Of a stretch of 64,000 nt of DNA, positions 1 through 13,049 are shown one piece after another (within the stretch, counting starts at the first letter, position 1; each line of letters starts with the position of its first letter). The position numbers were made by a program, and so were the translations under genes. The notes below the pieces were generated by a model. The model was given only the letters and a program-made list of their open reading frames with translations. It made no database searches and was not told where the DNA came from. The stretch comes from Macrostomum lignano (lineage: Eukaryota). The DNA lies in contig NIVC01000967.1 of assembly GCA_002269645.1 (NCBI GenBank), positions 29,008 through 93,007 of the forward strand, given 5' to 3'.

Positions 1-7
1 GAGACCT

Positions 8-1722
8 GTCACTGACACTGCTATTCCTGGCACTGACACTGCTATTCCTGGCACTGACACTGCTACTCCTGGCACTGACACTGCTATTCCTGGCACTGAC
101 ACTGCTATTCCTGACACTGACACTGCTATTCCTAACCCTGACACTGCCATTCCTATCCCTGACAGTGCCATTCCTATTCCTGACACTGCCATTCCTATCC
201 CTGACGGTGCCATTCCTATCCCTGACGGTGCCATTCCTATCCCTGATGGTGCCATTCCTATCCCTGATGGTGCCATTCCTATCCCTGACGGTGCCATTCC
301 TATCCCTGATGGTGCCATTCCTATCCCTGACGGTGCCATTCCTATCCCTGACGGTGCCATTCCTATCCCTGATGGTGCCATTCCTATCCCTGACGGTGCC
401 ATTCCTATCCCTGACAGTGCCATTCCTATCCCTGGCAGTGCCATTCCTATGCCTGACAGTGCCATTCCTATCCCTGGCAGTGCCATTCCTATCCCTGGCA
501 GTGCCATTCCTATGCCTGACAGTGCCATTCCTATCCCTGACAGTGCCATTCCTATCCCTGGCAGTGCCATTCCTATGCCTGACAGTGCCATTCCTATCCC
601 TGACAGTGCCATTCCTATGCCTGACAGTGCCATTCCTATCCCTGGCAGTGCCATTCCTATCCCTGGCAGTGCCATTTCTATGCCTGACAGTGCCATTCCT
701 ATCCCTGACAGTGCCATTCCTATCCCTGGCAGTGCCATTCCTATGCCTGACAGTGCCATTCCTATCCCTGACAGTGCCATTCCTATGCCTGACAGTGCCA
801 TTCCTATCCCTGACAGTGCCATTCCTATCCCTGACAGTGCCATTCCTATCCCTGGCAGTGCCATTCCTATGCCTGACAGTGCCATTCCTATCCCTGGCAG
901 TGCCATTCCTATGCCTGACAGTGCCATTCCTATCCCTGATGGTGCCATTCCTATCCCTGACGGTGCCATTCCTATCCCTGACAGTGCCATTCCTATCCCT
1001 GGCAGTGCCATTCCTATGCCTGACAGTGCCATTCCTATCCCTGGCAGTGCCATTCCTATCCCTGGCAGTGCCATTCCTATGCCTGACAGTGCCATTCCTA
1101 TCCCTGACGGTGCCATTCCTATCCCTGGCAGTGCCATTCCTATGCCTGACAGTGCCATTCCTATCCCTGACAGTGCCATTCCTATGCCTGACAGTGCCAT
1201 TCCTATCCCTGGCAGTGCCATTCCTATGCCTGACAGTGCCATTCCTATCCCTGGCAGTGCCATTCCTATGCCTGACAGTGCCATTCCTATCCCTGACAGT
1301 GCCATTCCTATCCCTGGCAGTGCCATTCCTATCCCTGGCAGTGCCATTCCTATGCCTGACAGTGCCATTCCTATCCCTGACAGTGCCATTCCTATCCCTG
1401 GCAGTGCCATTCCTATCCCTGGCAGTGCCATTCCTATGCCTGACAGTGCCATTCCTATCCCTGACAGTGCCATTCCTATCCCTGGCAGTGCCATTCCTAT
1501 CCCTGACAGTGCCATTCCTATGCCTGACAGTGCCATTCCTATCCCTGACAGTGCCATTCCTATCCCTGGCAGTGCCATTCCTATGCCTGACAGTGCCATT
1601 CCTATCCCTGACAGTGCCATTCCTATGCCTGACAGTGCCATTCCTATCCCTGGCAGTGCCATTCCTATCCCTGACGGTGCCATTCCTATCCCTGATACTG
1701 CCATTCCTAAGCCTGGCAGTGC
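8..1722. repeat. 21-bp minisatellite (CAGTGCCATTCCTATCCCTGA)n, TAF2 intron
   Basis: Direct tandem periodicity; source of the spurious VPFLSLT and SAIPIPD ORFs. Confidence 0.97.
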
Positions 1723-1780
1723 AGTCTGGCATTGCAAGCGTTAACAAGCGTTAGCTGTATCCTCCCCATTCTGTCCGCAG

Positions 1781-2455
1781 GGCCGCCAGCTGCGCATCAC
1801 AGTGGAATTCTCTCTGCAGCAGCCGCAAGCCGGCCTGTACTTCTGCTCGCCTCTGGGCGAAGATGGCGAAGTTGACATGCGCAGCGCCCACTGCTTCACC
1901 TCGGCTACGGGCAACTCAACCCGGCTCTGGCTGCCCTGCATTGACTCCTGCAGCGAGCTGTGCCAGTGGCGCCTCGAGATCACCGTGCCCGAGGACATGG
2001 TCGCCGTGGCGCCCGGCGACCTACTCGAGACCGTCTACACCCAGGACCTGCAATCCAAGACTTATCGTTACTTTCTGGCCCAGCCAACCTGCGCGCCAAA
2101 TATCGGCTTCGCTATTGGCGCCTTCGAATTGGAGACTGGGCCGCCTCTGTCCGGCGCTACCGCCTCTTATTTTTGTCCGCCTCCGCTTGTCTCTCTGATG
2201 AAGCATACAGTCTCCCGGCTGCCTGACTGTCTGGCATTCTACGAGTCTCTGCTGGGAGTCCGGCTGCCCTATGGCTCGCTTAAACTGGTGTTTGTTGACC
2301 AAGCCTACGAGACTGTGCAGTCCTATGCCTCCGTGATCCTCGCCTCTGTCAGCCTGCTGCACTCGGCCCGCATTGTCGACCAGGCCATCGAGTCCCGGCG
2401 GGCGCTGGCACTGGCGCTGGCGCAGCAGTTTTTTGGTGGGTTCGCTGAGACAGGA

Positions 2456-2490
<35 letters not shown>

Positions 2491-2495
2491 GAGAC

Positions 2496-2540
<45 letters not shown>

Positions 2541-5500
2541 TTCAGACAGGCAGACAGACAGTCAGACACTCTGACAGACACGTAAAAAATGTTATGATAA
2601 AGATTATGTTCATCCTGGGAACTACTTAAGCACTCAAAATTGAAATCACTAATAGCATAAATCTGTTATATTGTTTATCTCTCCCCATGTTTGCCAGCAA
2701 CAGTTTCTGCAATAAAAATAGATAAACTTTCCGGATAGAAAAAGAGGCCGATTTAAAGTTAAAAAACTAGCCGATTACAAACTCTGCGATAATTATAATT
2801 TATAGCTAAGAATTGTTGGCTATTCCGCTACCCGGAAGCGGAGAGCTGCAGAGCTGCACTGTGGGGAGTACAGATAAGCACGGCCGGGCCGCTAAGAGTT
2901 CAAAATTGATCTAATAATTTACGATTGCAATTGTACGACTCTCTGTTGCCAGCTTGTATTTACATAGTTCCTTGTGTCCTTTTCAAGTCGAAAAGACTTT
3001 GTTTGTTTCAAGAGAGCCTCGGATACTCAGACAAGCTGGCGGCTGTTAGAGGCTCTTATGATAGAGGTGACCACTCAAGGATATAGGAGCTAGTATTCAC
3101 TGATAGGTCTGAAGGATGAGAGTCGGTAGAGTCACAAAAATCTCGCACTGAACACATAAGAGAGGATAGCCTCCCACTGACGGGTCAGAGGAGATAGAGC
3201 CTCCCACTGAGAAGTCAGAGGAGATAGAGCCTCCCACTGAGGGGTCAGAGGGGATAGAGTCCCCACTGAGGGGTCAGAGGGTATAGAACCTCCAACTAAG
3301 GGGTCAGAGGGGATAGAGCCTCCCACTGAGGGGTCAGAGGGGATAGAGCCTCCCACTGAGGGGTCAGAGGGGATAGAGCCTCCCACTGAGGGGTCAGAGG
3401 GGATAGAACCTCACACTGATGGGTCAGAGGGGTTAGAACCGTCCACAGAAGGGATAGAGCTTCCCACTCTGAGGGGTCAGAAAATTGAAAAAGAAAAGAA
3501 AAGGGAAAGAAAGAAAAATTAAGAAAGAAAGAATTGAAAAAGAAAATGGATAGAGCCCCCCACTCTGAGGGGTCAGTTACCGGCTTAATTAGCTACTATA
3601 TAATGTATAATTCCCTCGCCGCTACAGGCTGCTACATCGGCATGCAGACATTCAGCGACGCCTGGCTACCGCAGGGCATCTCGGGTCACATAGCCGCACT
3701 CTATCAGCGCAAAGTATTCGGCCACAATGAGTACCGAAACTACATATCGGATCAGATGAGCCAGGTGTGCCACTACGAGTCTACTAGGCACGAGGTGCTG
3801 CTGGATCCTAGCGGCGCTGCCGGACCGGACAAGCAATCAGCCGTGACTCCGTTCTGTTTGCGCTTCCCTCAGACTGTGCCGCCGGATTATGCGGCTATCT
3901 ATAGGAGCAAAGCTATGCTTGTTATCCGGCTTCTAGGCTGCAAGCTGGGCGAGGAGGTAAAAACTAGAAAAATGTTTTTTTTCTTAGCTGAGATCGTCGC
4001 TCAGATTGTCGCTCATATAACTGAGATTGTCGCTCAGATTGTCGCTGAGCTTTTCGATTAGATTGTCGCTCAGATTATCGATGAGATTATCACTCAGATT
4101 GTCGCTGAGCTTTTCGATTAGATTGTCGCTCAGATTATCGATGAGATTGTCGCTCGATCAGATTGTCGCTGAGCTTTTCGATTAGATTGTCGCTCAGATT
4201 ATCGATGAGATTGTCGCTCAGATTGTCGCTGAGCTTTTCGATTAGATTGTCGCTCAGATTATCGATGAGATTGTCGCTCAGATTGTCGCTGAGCTTTTCG
4301 ATTAGATTGTCGCTCAGATTATCGATGAGATTGTCGCTCAGATTGTCGCTGAGCTTTTCGATTAGATTGTCGCTCAGATTATCGATGAGATTGTCGCTCA
4401 GATTGTCAGTGAGATTGTCGCTTAGATTATCGATGAGATTGTCGCTCAGATTTTCAGTGAGATTGTCGCTCAGATTGTCGATGAGATTGTCGTTCAGATT
4501 ATCGATGAGATTGTCACTCAGATTTTCGATGAGATTGTCGCTCAGATTGTCGCTCATATAAATTGGGATTGTCGCTCAGATTGTCGCTTATATAAATTGA
4601 GATTGTCGCTCAGATTTTTGCTCAAATTGTCCATGAGATTGTCGCTAGAATTGTCGCTCAGATTGTCGCTAGAATTGTCGCTCAGATTGTCGCTAGAATT
4701 GTCGTTCAGATTGTCGCTAGAATTGTCACTGAGATTGTCGCTAGAATTGTCGCTCAGATTGTCGCTAGAATTGTCACTGAGATTGTTGCTGGAGTTATTA
4801 CTGAGATTGCGGCTCAGATTGTCGCTGAGATCGCTGAATTGTCGCTCAGAATATATCAAAATGTACAAAACCTGCCCATCCCCCCAACCCTCAGGTACTG
4901 CAGTACGTACTCAACAAGCTGATCACCCTGGCCAGCTCATACGATCCCAGTTTGCAGCAGCAGCCGCTGCAGCCCGGCACAGAGCAGAGCTGGCGGCCGG
5001 CCTTCCTGCTATCCAGCCAGGCGCTGCTAGACCTGATCCTGGCCCTCACCGGCAAGAACATGCAGTACCTGCTGGACCAGTGGGTCACCCAGCCCGGCCA
5101 CGCTCGCCTCAGGGCCAGCTTCTCAATTAATAAGAAGCGCAACCTCATCGCACTGGAGATTCGCGACGACCCGCCAGTTGCGGCATCTGGTGGCGGCGGA
5201 GGCGGCGGCGGCCGTCGCAGGCGCTACACGGGCGCGGTGGCGGTGAGCCTGCAGGAGCTGGACGGGCCGTTCACGCACACGCTGAAGCTGGACGAATCGG
5301 CAGCCGTCAGCGACCTGCCCTGTCACACTAAAAGTCGCAAAATTAAGCGTCGCAAAGTGTTGCTTAGCAACGGAGACGAACTGGAAGATCCGGATCTGGG
5401 CAAACTGGAGTCGGACTGTTCGCTGCTGTGGCTGCGAGTCGATCCCGAGATGCAGCTTATCCGACACGTGGAAATTGTGCAGCCCGAGCCAATGTGGCAC

Positions 5501-8500
5501 CTACTGCTGCGCTACGAGAGATGCGTTGCCAGCCAGATGGCCGCCTGCAGGGCCCTCTGCCAGCCTTGTTTTCACAGCCGGGAGACCTGGCAGGCGCTGA
5601 TGGAGGTGATAAGGGGATCGACAGTTGTAAGATCGCCCCTACCCTGAAGAATCCGCCCCTACCCTGAAGAATCCGCCCCTATCCTGAAGAATCCGCCCCT
5701 ACCCCGAAGAATCCGCCCCTACCCTGAAGAATCCACCCCTATCCTGAAAAATCCGCCCTACCCTGAAGAATCCGCCCCTACCCCGAAGAATCCGCCCCTA
5801 CCCTGAAGAATCCGCCCCTACCCTGAAGAATCCGCCCCTACCCTGAAGAATCCGCCCCTACCCTGAAGAATCCGCCCCTACTCTGAAGAATCCACCCCTA
5901 TCCTGAAGAATCCACCCCTATCCTGAAAAATCCGCCCCTACCCGAAGAATCCGCCCCTACCCCGAAGAATCCGCCCCTACCCTGAAGAATCCGCCCCTAC
6001 CCTGAAGAATCCACCCCTATCCTGAAGAATCCGCCCCTACCCCGAAGAATCCGCCCCTACCCTGAAGAATCCACCCCTATCCTGAAAAATCCGCCCCTAC
6101 CCTGAAGAATCCGCCCCTACCCCGAAGAATCCGCCCCTACCCTGAAGAATCCACCCCTATCCTGAAAAATCCGCCCCTACCCTGAAGAATCCGCCCCTAC
6201 CCCGAAGAATCCGCCCCTACCCTGAAGAATCCGCCCCTACCCTGAAGAATCCGCCCCTACCCTGAAGAATCCGCCCCTACCCTGAAGAATCCGCCCCTAC
6301 TCTGAAGAATCCACCCCTATCCTGAAGAATCCACCCCTATCCTGAAAAATCCGCCCCTACCCCGAAGAATCCGCCCCTACCCTGAAGAATCCGCCCCTAC
6401 CCTGAAGAATCCGCCCCTACCCTGAAGAATCCACCCCTATCCTGAAGAATCCGCCCCTACCCGAAGAATCCGCCCCTACCCTGAAGAATCCACCCCTATC
6501 CTGAAAAATCCGCCCCTACCCTGAAGAATCCGCCCCTACCCGAAGAATCCGCCCCTACCCTGAAGAATCCGCCCCTACCCTGAAGAATCCGCCCCTACCC
6601 TGAAGAATCCGCCCCTACCCTAAAGAATCCGCCCCTACTCTGAAGAATCCACCCCTATCCTGAAGAATCCACCCCTATCCTGAAAAATCCGCCCCTACCC
6701 CGAAGAATCCGCCCCTACCCTGAAGAATCCGCCCCTACCCTGAAGAATCCGCCCCTACCCTGAAGAATCCGCCCCTACCCTAAAGAATCCGCCACTACTC
6801 TGAAGAATCCACCCCTATCCTGAAGAATCCACCCCTATCCTGAAAAATCCGCCCCTACCCCGAAGAATCCGCCCCTACCCTGAAGAATCCGCCCCTACCC
6901 TGAAGAATCCGCCCCTACCCTGAAGAATCCACCCCTATCCTGAAGAATCCGCCCCTACCCCGAAGAATCCGCACCTACCCTGAAGAATCCACCCCTATCC
7001 TGAAAAATCCGCCCCTACCCTGAAGAATCCGCCCCTACCCGAAGAATCCGCCCCTACCCTGAAGAATCCACCCCTATCCTGAAAAATCCGCCCCTACCCT
7101 GAAGAATCCGCCCCTACCCCGAAGAATCCGCCCCTACCCTGAAGAATCCACCCCTATCCTGAAAAATCCGCCCCTACCCTGAAGAATCCGCCCCTACCCC
7201 GAAGAATCCGCCCCTACCCTGAAGAATCCGCCCCTACCCTGAAGAATCCGCCCCTACCCTGAAGAATCCACCCCTATCCTGAAAAATCCGCCCCTACCCC
7301 GAAGAATCCGCCCCTACCCTGAAGAATCCGCCCCTACCCTGAAGAATCCGCCCCTACCCTGAAGAATCCACCCCTATCCTGAATAATCCGCCCCTACCCC
7401 GAAGAATCCACCCCTACCCTGAAGAATCCACCCCTATCCTGAAAAATCCGCCCCTACCCTGAAGAATCCGCCCCTACCCCGAAGAATCCGCCCCTACCCT
7501 GAAGAATCCACCCCTATCCTGAAGAATCCACACCTACCCTGAAGAATCCGCCCCTACCCTGAAGAATCCACCCCTACCCTGAAGAATCCACCCCTATTCT
7601 GAAGAATCCGCCCCTACCCCGAAGAATCCGCCCCTACCCTGAAGAATCCGCCCCTACCCTGAAGAATCCGCCCCTACCCTGAAGAATCCACCCCTATCCT
7701 GAAGAATCCGCCCCTACCCCGAAGAATCCGCCCCTACCCTGAAGAATCCACCCCTATCCTGAAGAATCCACACCTACCCTGAAGAATCCGCCCCTACCCT
7801 GAAGAATCCACCCCTACCCTGAAGAATCCACACTATACCTGCCACCAACCATCGCGGCCAGGTGGTCAGAGACGAGCGCCAGTACTATCGAGTCCGCATG
7901 CAGGCCTGCTACGCTCTGTGCATGATCAGCGGCCCGCTAGACCTGCTGGAGCCCCTCATGGCCGTCTTTCTGTCCCTGTTCGGCGCCAAGGACACCAGGT
8001 CGGTGACGCCGGCGAACGATTTCTCAAATCTCCAACGCTATTTCCTATTGAAAGAGGTGCCTCTGTGCATGTCGCTGCTGCACACAGCCCAGGGCGTCTG
8101 CCCGCCTGAGGTGCCCGAATTCATTCTCAATCTGTTGCGGTTCAACGACAATTCTAAGAATATCTACGCTGACGACTACTATCGGGCTGCGCTCATCGAG
8201 TCACTGTTTCGAACCGTTAGTCCTGCAGCCACTGTTACTACCGAGAATTTCCTGGCCAAGCTGCCGAAGCCTATTGCTGCGCTGCTGGAGGAGGTGTGTG
8301 GCTTGATTGGGGCCGGATGGGGCGGATGTCAGTGAGAGGGCGGTTCGAGATTGTCAGTGAGAGGGGGCGGATCGGGAATGTCAGTGAGAGGGCGGTTCGA
8401 GATTGTCAGTGAGAGGGGGCGGATCGGGAATGTCAGTGAGGGGGCGGTTCGAGATTGTCAGTGAGAGGGGGCGGATCGGGAATGTCAGTGAGGGGACGAA

Positions 8501-10906
8501 TCGGGAATGTCAGTGAGAGGGGGTCGGATCGGGAATGTCAGTGCGAGGGGGCGGATCGGGAATGTCAGTGAGAGGGAGCGGATCATGCATGTCACTGAGG
8601 GGGCGGTTCGGGAATGTCAGTGAAAGGGGGCGGATCAGGAATGTCAGTGCGAGGGGGCGGATCGGGAATGTCAGTGAGAGGGGGCGGATCATGCATGTCA
8701 CTGAGGGGGCGGATCGGAAATGTCAGTGAGAGGGGGCGGATCAGGAATGTCAGTGAGAGGGGGCGGATCGGGAATGTCAGTGAGAGGGGGCGGATCGGGA
8801 ATGTCAGTGAGAGGGGGGTGGATCGAGAATGTCAGTGAGAGGGGGGCGGATTGATAATGTCAGTGAGAGGGGGCGGATCGGGAATGTCAGTAGGAGGGGG
8901 GCGGATCGGGAATGTCAGTGGGAGGGGGCGGATCGGGAATGTCAGTGGGAGGGGGCGGATCGGGAATGTCAGTGAGAGGGGGGCGGATCGGGAATGTCAG
9001 TGAGAGGGGGGCGGATCGGGAATGTCAGTGAGGGGACGAATCGGGAATGTCAGTGAGAGGGGGCGGATCGGGCATGTCAGTGAGGGGGCGGATCGGGAAT
9101 GTCAGTGAGAGGGGGGCGGATCGGGAATGTCAGTGAGAGGGGGGCGGATCGGGAATGTCAGTGAGGGGACGAATCGGGAATGTCAGTGAGAGGGGGCGGA
9201 TCGGGCATGTCAGTGAGGGGGCGGATCGGGCATGTCAGTAGATGCACCGGAGCCGGCGCCCCGACCCGCAGGTGACGCGGCACATGAACCTGGAGAAGCT
9301 GATGCCCAGCTATCGCATGGTGGTGACTGTGAAATGCCTCCGCGTGTTCCGCAAGCTGCAGCGCACCGGCTACATCCCGGCGGATATCGGCATATTCAAA
9401 AGCTACGCGGCTCCCGGCAACTACATTGATGTCCGTCTGGCCGCCATGGAGGCCGTGGTGAATCATATCAAGTGCGCCAAGGACGCGGCTGCGCTGGCCT
9501 GGCTGCTGGACTCTACAGTGTGCAACCCGGCTGAGGAGGCCTCTGTTCGTCACCAGGCTGTTGCTATGCTCACTATACAGCCGCCGTTTCTGCGCAGGAA
9601 GCGAGGCCAGTTGGACACGCCTGAGCTGGTTGAGCGCCTCTGGCGTCTGCTGAATACTGAGCTCAGCGCCGACTGCCGGCTCCGCTGCTCCGTTGCCAGC
9701 CTCTACCACTTGCTGTACGGCAGGCACCGGCCCAAGTACGAGCTTGTGACTCTGCTGCCAGTACTGATCTGCGAATGAGCCCCGAACCCTAGCCCTAATC
9801 CAACCCCGAGAACTGCCTTATTCTCTTCCTGAGAATCTATAATCTCACCCTGAGGATCGCTTTGATCTCAAATTAATAATTAGCCCCAATCTCACCCTGA
9901 GAATCGCCCCAATCTCACCCTAAGAATTGCCTCAATCTCACCCTGAGAATCGCCCCAATCTCACCCTAAGAATTGCCCCAATCTCACCCTGAGAATCGCC
10001 CCAATCTCACCCTAAGAATTGCCCCAATCTCACCCCGAGAATCGTCCCAAATTCACCCTGAAAATCTTTCAAATCTTATCTTGAGAATCGAATCAATTTC
10101 ACCCTACTTGACTTGACTTAGCTGAAGGGGGCTCCGCGCGTCCGGAAACAGCGAGGAGGCGTTGCCGCCCATTTCGCTAACCCCTGGCGACCACGGGCAG
10201 CTAGTGCTGCGGTGTCGCGCAGGGAGTTCCGGTGGTGCCGGCGTCCGCAGCGCGGTCCCCCTCCGGAGAGTCCAGGAGGTGGATGTTCGCTCGCCCAGTA
10301 GCCCTTTTCACCATAAGAACCGCCCCAGTCTCACCCTGAGAATCGGCTCAATCTCACCCTAAAAATCGCCCAAATCTCAACCTGAGAATCGCTCCAATCT
10401 AACCCCAAGCACACAGCCGAGTCATAAGTCAATCTCCCACCTGCTGCCCGCCTGCCAGGTGCACCCCGCTGCCGGAGAACTTCCTGGTGCTCAACGTGCG
10501 CGAAGGCCGCACAAAAATCGCCCAACGAGCGCCAACGCCGACGCCGGCCCCGGCAGACACGGACGACGACAACGCCAACTTTGGCCTCACTGGCGCCGGC
10601 GTCGGCCTTGGCAGCTCCGGCGACGAGGCGGACGTCGACGACGATTTGGACATCGGGCTGGAGGATGACTACGAGTTCGCGCCGGATGAGCCGCCAATTG
10701 ATGAGGCCGACTTTGTCTGGCCACCCGACTCCAGCTTCCCGGCTGCCGATGCCGCTGCACCCGCCGCTCCCGCCGTCGCCGCCGCCGCCGCTGCCGCTAC
10801 GCCGGCGCTTGACGAAGAGATGCTGGACGATGGGGATCGAGATGCGGCTGAGGATGACGAAGACGAGATATTCGGCTACAGCTGGGACAACCTGCCTGAC
10901 TGCTGA
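1781..10906 (+). CDS. TAF2: TFIID subunit 2 (TAF2), 5'-partial. Exons 1781-2435, 3628-3956, 4895-5605, 7862-8293, 9272-9735, 10459-10906 (stop). Upstream exons lie before the window.
   Basis: All introns are GT-AG and phase-consistent (1,0,0,0,2). The spliced peptide matches remembered TAF2 motifs: NSTRLWLPCIDSCSELCQWRLE, LALAQQFFG|CYI, LQELDGPFTHTL, LLWLRVDPEMQLIR, YRVRMQAC, NLEKLMPSY, RP(K)|CTPLPENFLVLN. Confidence 0.95.
2448..2580. repeat. (GACA)n microsatellite at the start of a TAF2 intron
   Basis: Visible tetranucleotide run. Confidence 0.95.
3160..3475. repeat. 30-bp minisatellite (GGGGTCAGAGGGGGATAGAGCCTCCCACTGA-like), TAF2 intron
   Basis: About 9 tandem copies. Confidence 0.92.
3987..4850. 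repeat. 12-bp-based minisatellite (GATTGTCGCTCA)n with higher-order variants, TAF2 intron
   Basis: Tandem periodicity; source of the LSLR and DNLS ORFs. Confidence 0.95.
5632..7830. repeat. 20-bp minisatellite (GAAGAATCCGCCCCTACCCT)n, TAF2 intron
   Basis: About 110 copies fill nearly the whole 2.26-kb intron. Confidence 0.97.
8320..9237. repeat. 25-28-bp minisatellite (GGGAATGTCAGTGAGAGGGGGCGGATC)n, TAF2 intron
   Basis: Tandem copies with a variable G-run. Confidence 0.95.
9838..10405. repeat. Degenerate ~23-bp repeat (CCAATCTCACCCTGAGAATCGCC), interrupted by a GC-rich island at about 10100-10310
   Basis: Copies at about 9838-10090 and 10320-10405. Confidence 0.8.
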
Positions 10907-10966
10907 GCTGCTGACTCGTGGCATTTACTGGTGTGCTGTGGCAGTACTGCTGGTGTCTGGTTTGGA

Positions 10967-11670
10967 CATTGTCAGTAGCTGATTTGGGGACATTGTCAGT
11001 AGCTGATTTGGGGACATTGTCAGTAGCTGATTTGGGGACATTGTCAGTAGCTGATTTGGGGATATTGTCAGTAGCTGATTTGGGGACATTGTCAGTAGCT
11101 GATTTGGAACATTGTCAGTAGCTGATTTGGGGATATTGTCAGTAGCTGATTTGGGGACATTGTCAGTAGCTGATTTGGAACATTGTCAGTAGCTGTTTTG
11201 GGGATATTGTCAGTAGCTGATTTGGGGACATTGTCAGTAGCTGATTTGGGGACATTGTCAGTAGCTGATTTGGGGACATTGTCAGTAGCTGATTTGGGGA
11301 CATTGTCAGTAGCTGATTTGGGGATATTGTCAGTAGCTGATTTGGGGACATTGTCAGTAGCTGATTTGGGGATATTGTCAGTAGCTGATTTGGGGACATT
11401 GTCAGTAGCTGATTTGGGGATATTGTCAGTAGCTGATTTGGGGACATTGTCAGTAGCTGATTTGGGGACATTGTCAGTAGCTGATTTGGGGACATTGTCA
11501 GTAGCTGATTTGGGGATATTGTCAGTAGCTGATTTGGGGACATTGTCAGTAGCTGATTTGGGGACATTGCCAGTAGCTGATTTGGGGACATTGTCAGTAG
11601 CTGATTTGGGGACATTGTCAGTAGCTGATTTGGGGACATTGCCAGTAGCTGATTTGGGGACATTGTCAGT
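10967..11670. repeat. 24-bp minisatellite (ACATTGTCAGTAGCTGATTTGGGG)n downstream of the TAF2 stop
   Basis: About 29 copies. Confidence 0.97.
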
Positions 11671-12135
11671 AGTCAGAGTTGAGTGGCACTGTCAGTATCC
11701 AAATCAGCTATTTTCAGAGCATTGTCTCAGCTCAGAACAAAGCTCAAAAAGACATCAATTTATCAATAATTAGATAGTTCTCCAACTCTGTTTTGCTTAT
11801 TTTGTGCCTCCGTTAGTTTCAATACCGGCATTTTGTATTACCTGCGCAAATCAGCTGTACATAATCAGCGTTTACTCAGTCTGTATAAAATAAACTTCCT
11901 TCATCGTCAATTATGTGCTAATTAGTAAAATTTTATAATCATAAAATAACTTATCAGTGCATTTTTGTTGTTGCTAAAATTGGACTAGAGGATGTGAGTC
12001 GCTTGCGGGGGAACAGGGATACTTGGGATAGATTTTTTTATTATTCGAGCCATTCGCAGGTGAGGACAGGTAAGGATCCGCTCCGTTGCTAATGGCGCGA
12101 TAAGCCTTGGCATTGGGAAGCCCACTTGTTGCTGG

Positions 12136-12215
12136 TATTTAAGCGGTTGCATATCCGCGATCGGCTGCAACCTCTGCGCTGACGTCTGTTGCTTTTTTCA
12201 GAATTGTTGTAAGGT
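12136..12215 (+). promoter_or_regulatory. Candidate GPCR core promoter and non-coding first exon: TATA-like TATTTAAG at 12136-12143, exon ending 12213, donor GTAAGC
   Basis: TATA-like box about 75 nt before a strong AAG|GTAAGC donor. The next acceptor (CGCAG, 13041) lies 8 nt before the GPCR ATG at 13050. Confidence 0.45.
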
Positions 12216-12339
12216 AAGCACTGTTTATATTATGTTCATTTTCACCGGGTTGCATTGCACCAGACTATTAATTTCGCACCCATCGATAGGCCTGGTAAAC
12301 TTGGGCAGAGCCAAGTGTGTTACATGTATATGCCTCATC

Positions 12340-12986
12340 TGTTAGTGCTCGCATCTGCTAATGAGCTCATCTCATTTGATGTGCTCGCATCTGCTAATGA
12401 GCTCATCTCATTTGATGTGCTCGCATCTGCTAATGAGCTCATCTGTGAGTGCTCGAATCTGCTAATGAGCTCATCTCATTTGATGTGCTCGCATCTGCTA
12501 ATGAGCTCATCTGTGAGTGCTCGAATCTGCTAATGAGCTCATCTCATTTGATGTGCTCGCATCTGCTAATGAGCTCATCTGTTAGTGCTCGCATCTGCTA
12601 ATGAGCTCATCTATTAGTGCTCGCATCTGCTAATGAGCTCATCTATTAGTGCTCGCATCTGCTAATGAGCTCATCTCATTTGATGTGCTCGCATCTGCTA
12701 ATGAGCTCATCTCATTTGATGTGCTCGCATCTGCTAATGAGCTCATCTCATTTGATGTGCTCGCATCTGCTAATGAGCTCATCTCATTTGATGTGCTCGC
12801 ATCTGCTAATGAGCTCATCTCATTTGATGTGCTCGCATCTGCTAATGAGCTCATCTCATTTGATGTGCTCGCATCTGCTAATGAGCTCATCTCATTTGAT
12901 GTGCTCGCATCTGCTAATGAGCTCATCTCATTTGATGTGCTCGCATCTGCTAATGAGCTCATCTCATTTGATGTGCTCGCATCTGC
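12340..12986. repeat. 36-bp minisatellite (GTGCTCGCATCTGCTAATGAGCTCATCTCATTTGAT)n with shorter variants, putative GPCR 5'-UTR intron
   Basis: Tandem periodicity. Confidence 0.95.
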
Positions 12987-13049
12987 TATCGGCAGCGCTT
13001 AAGGAGCTTTCCTGCAATCAATTCCCCGTCCCCGAACGCAGGCCCGACC

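Noticed and set aside
165-1754. 529-aa and 431-aa ORFs (VPFLSLT / SAIPIPD repeats)
   Set aside because: These are read-through of a 21-bp (3n) intronic minisatellite; TAF2 homology starts only at the acceptor at 1781.
11163-12962. Repeat ORFs (MSPNQLLT, SVADLGTL, LASANELISFDV)
   Set aside because: Products of 24- and 36-bp arrays with no protein similarity or splice support.
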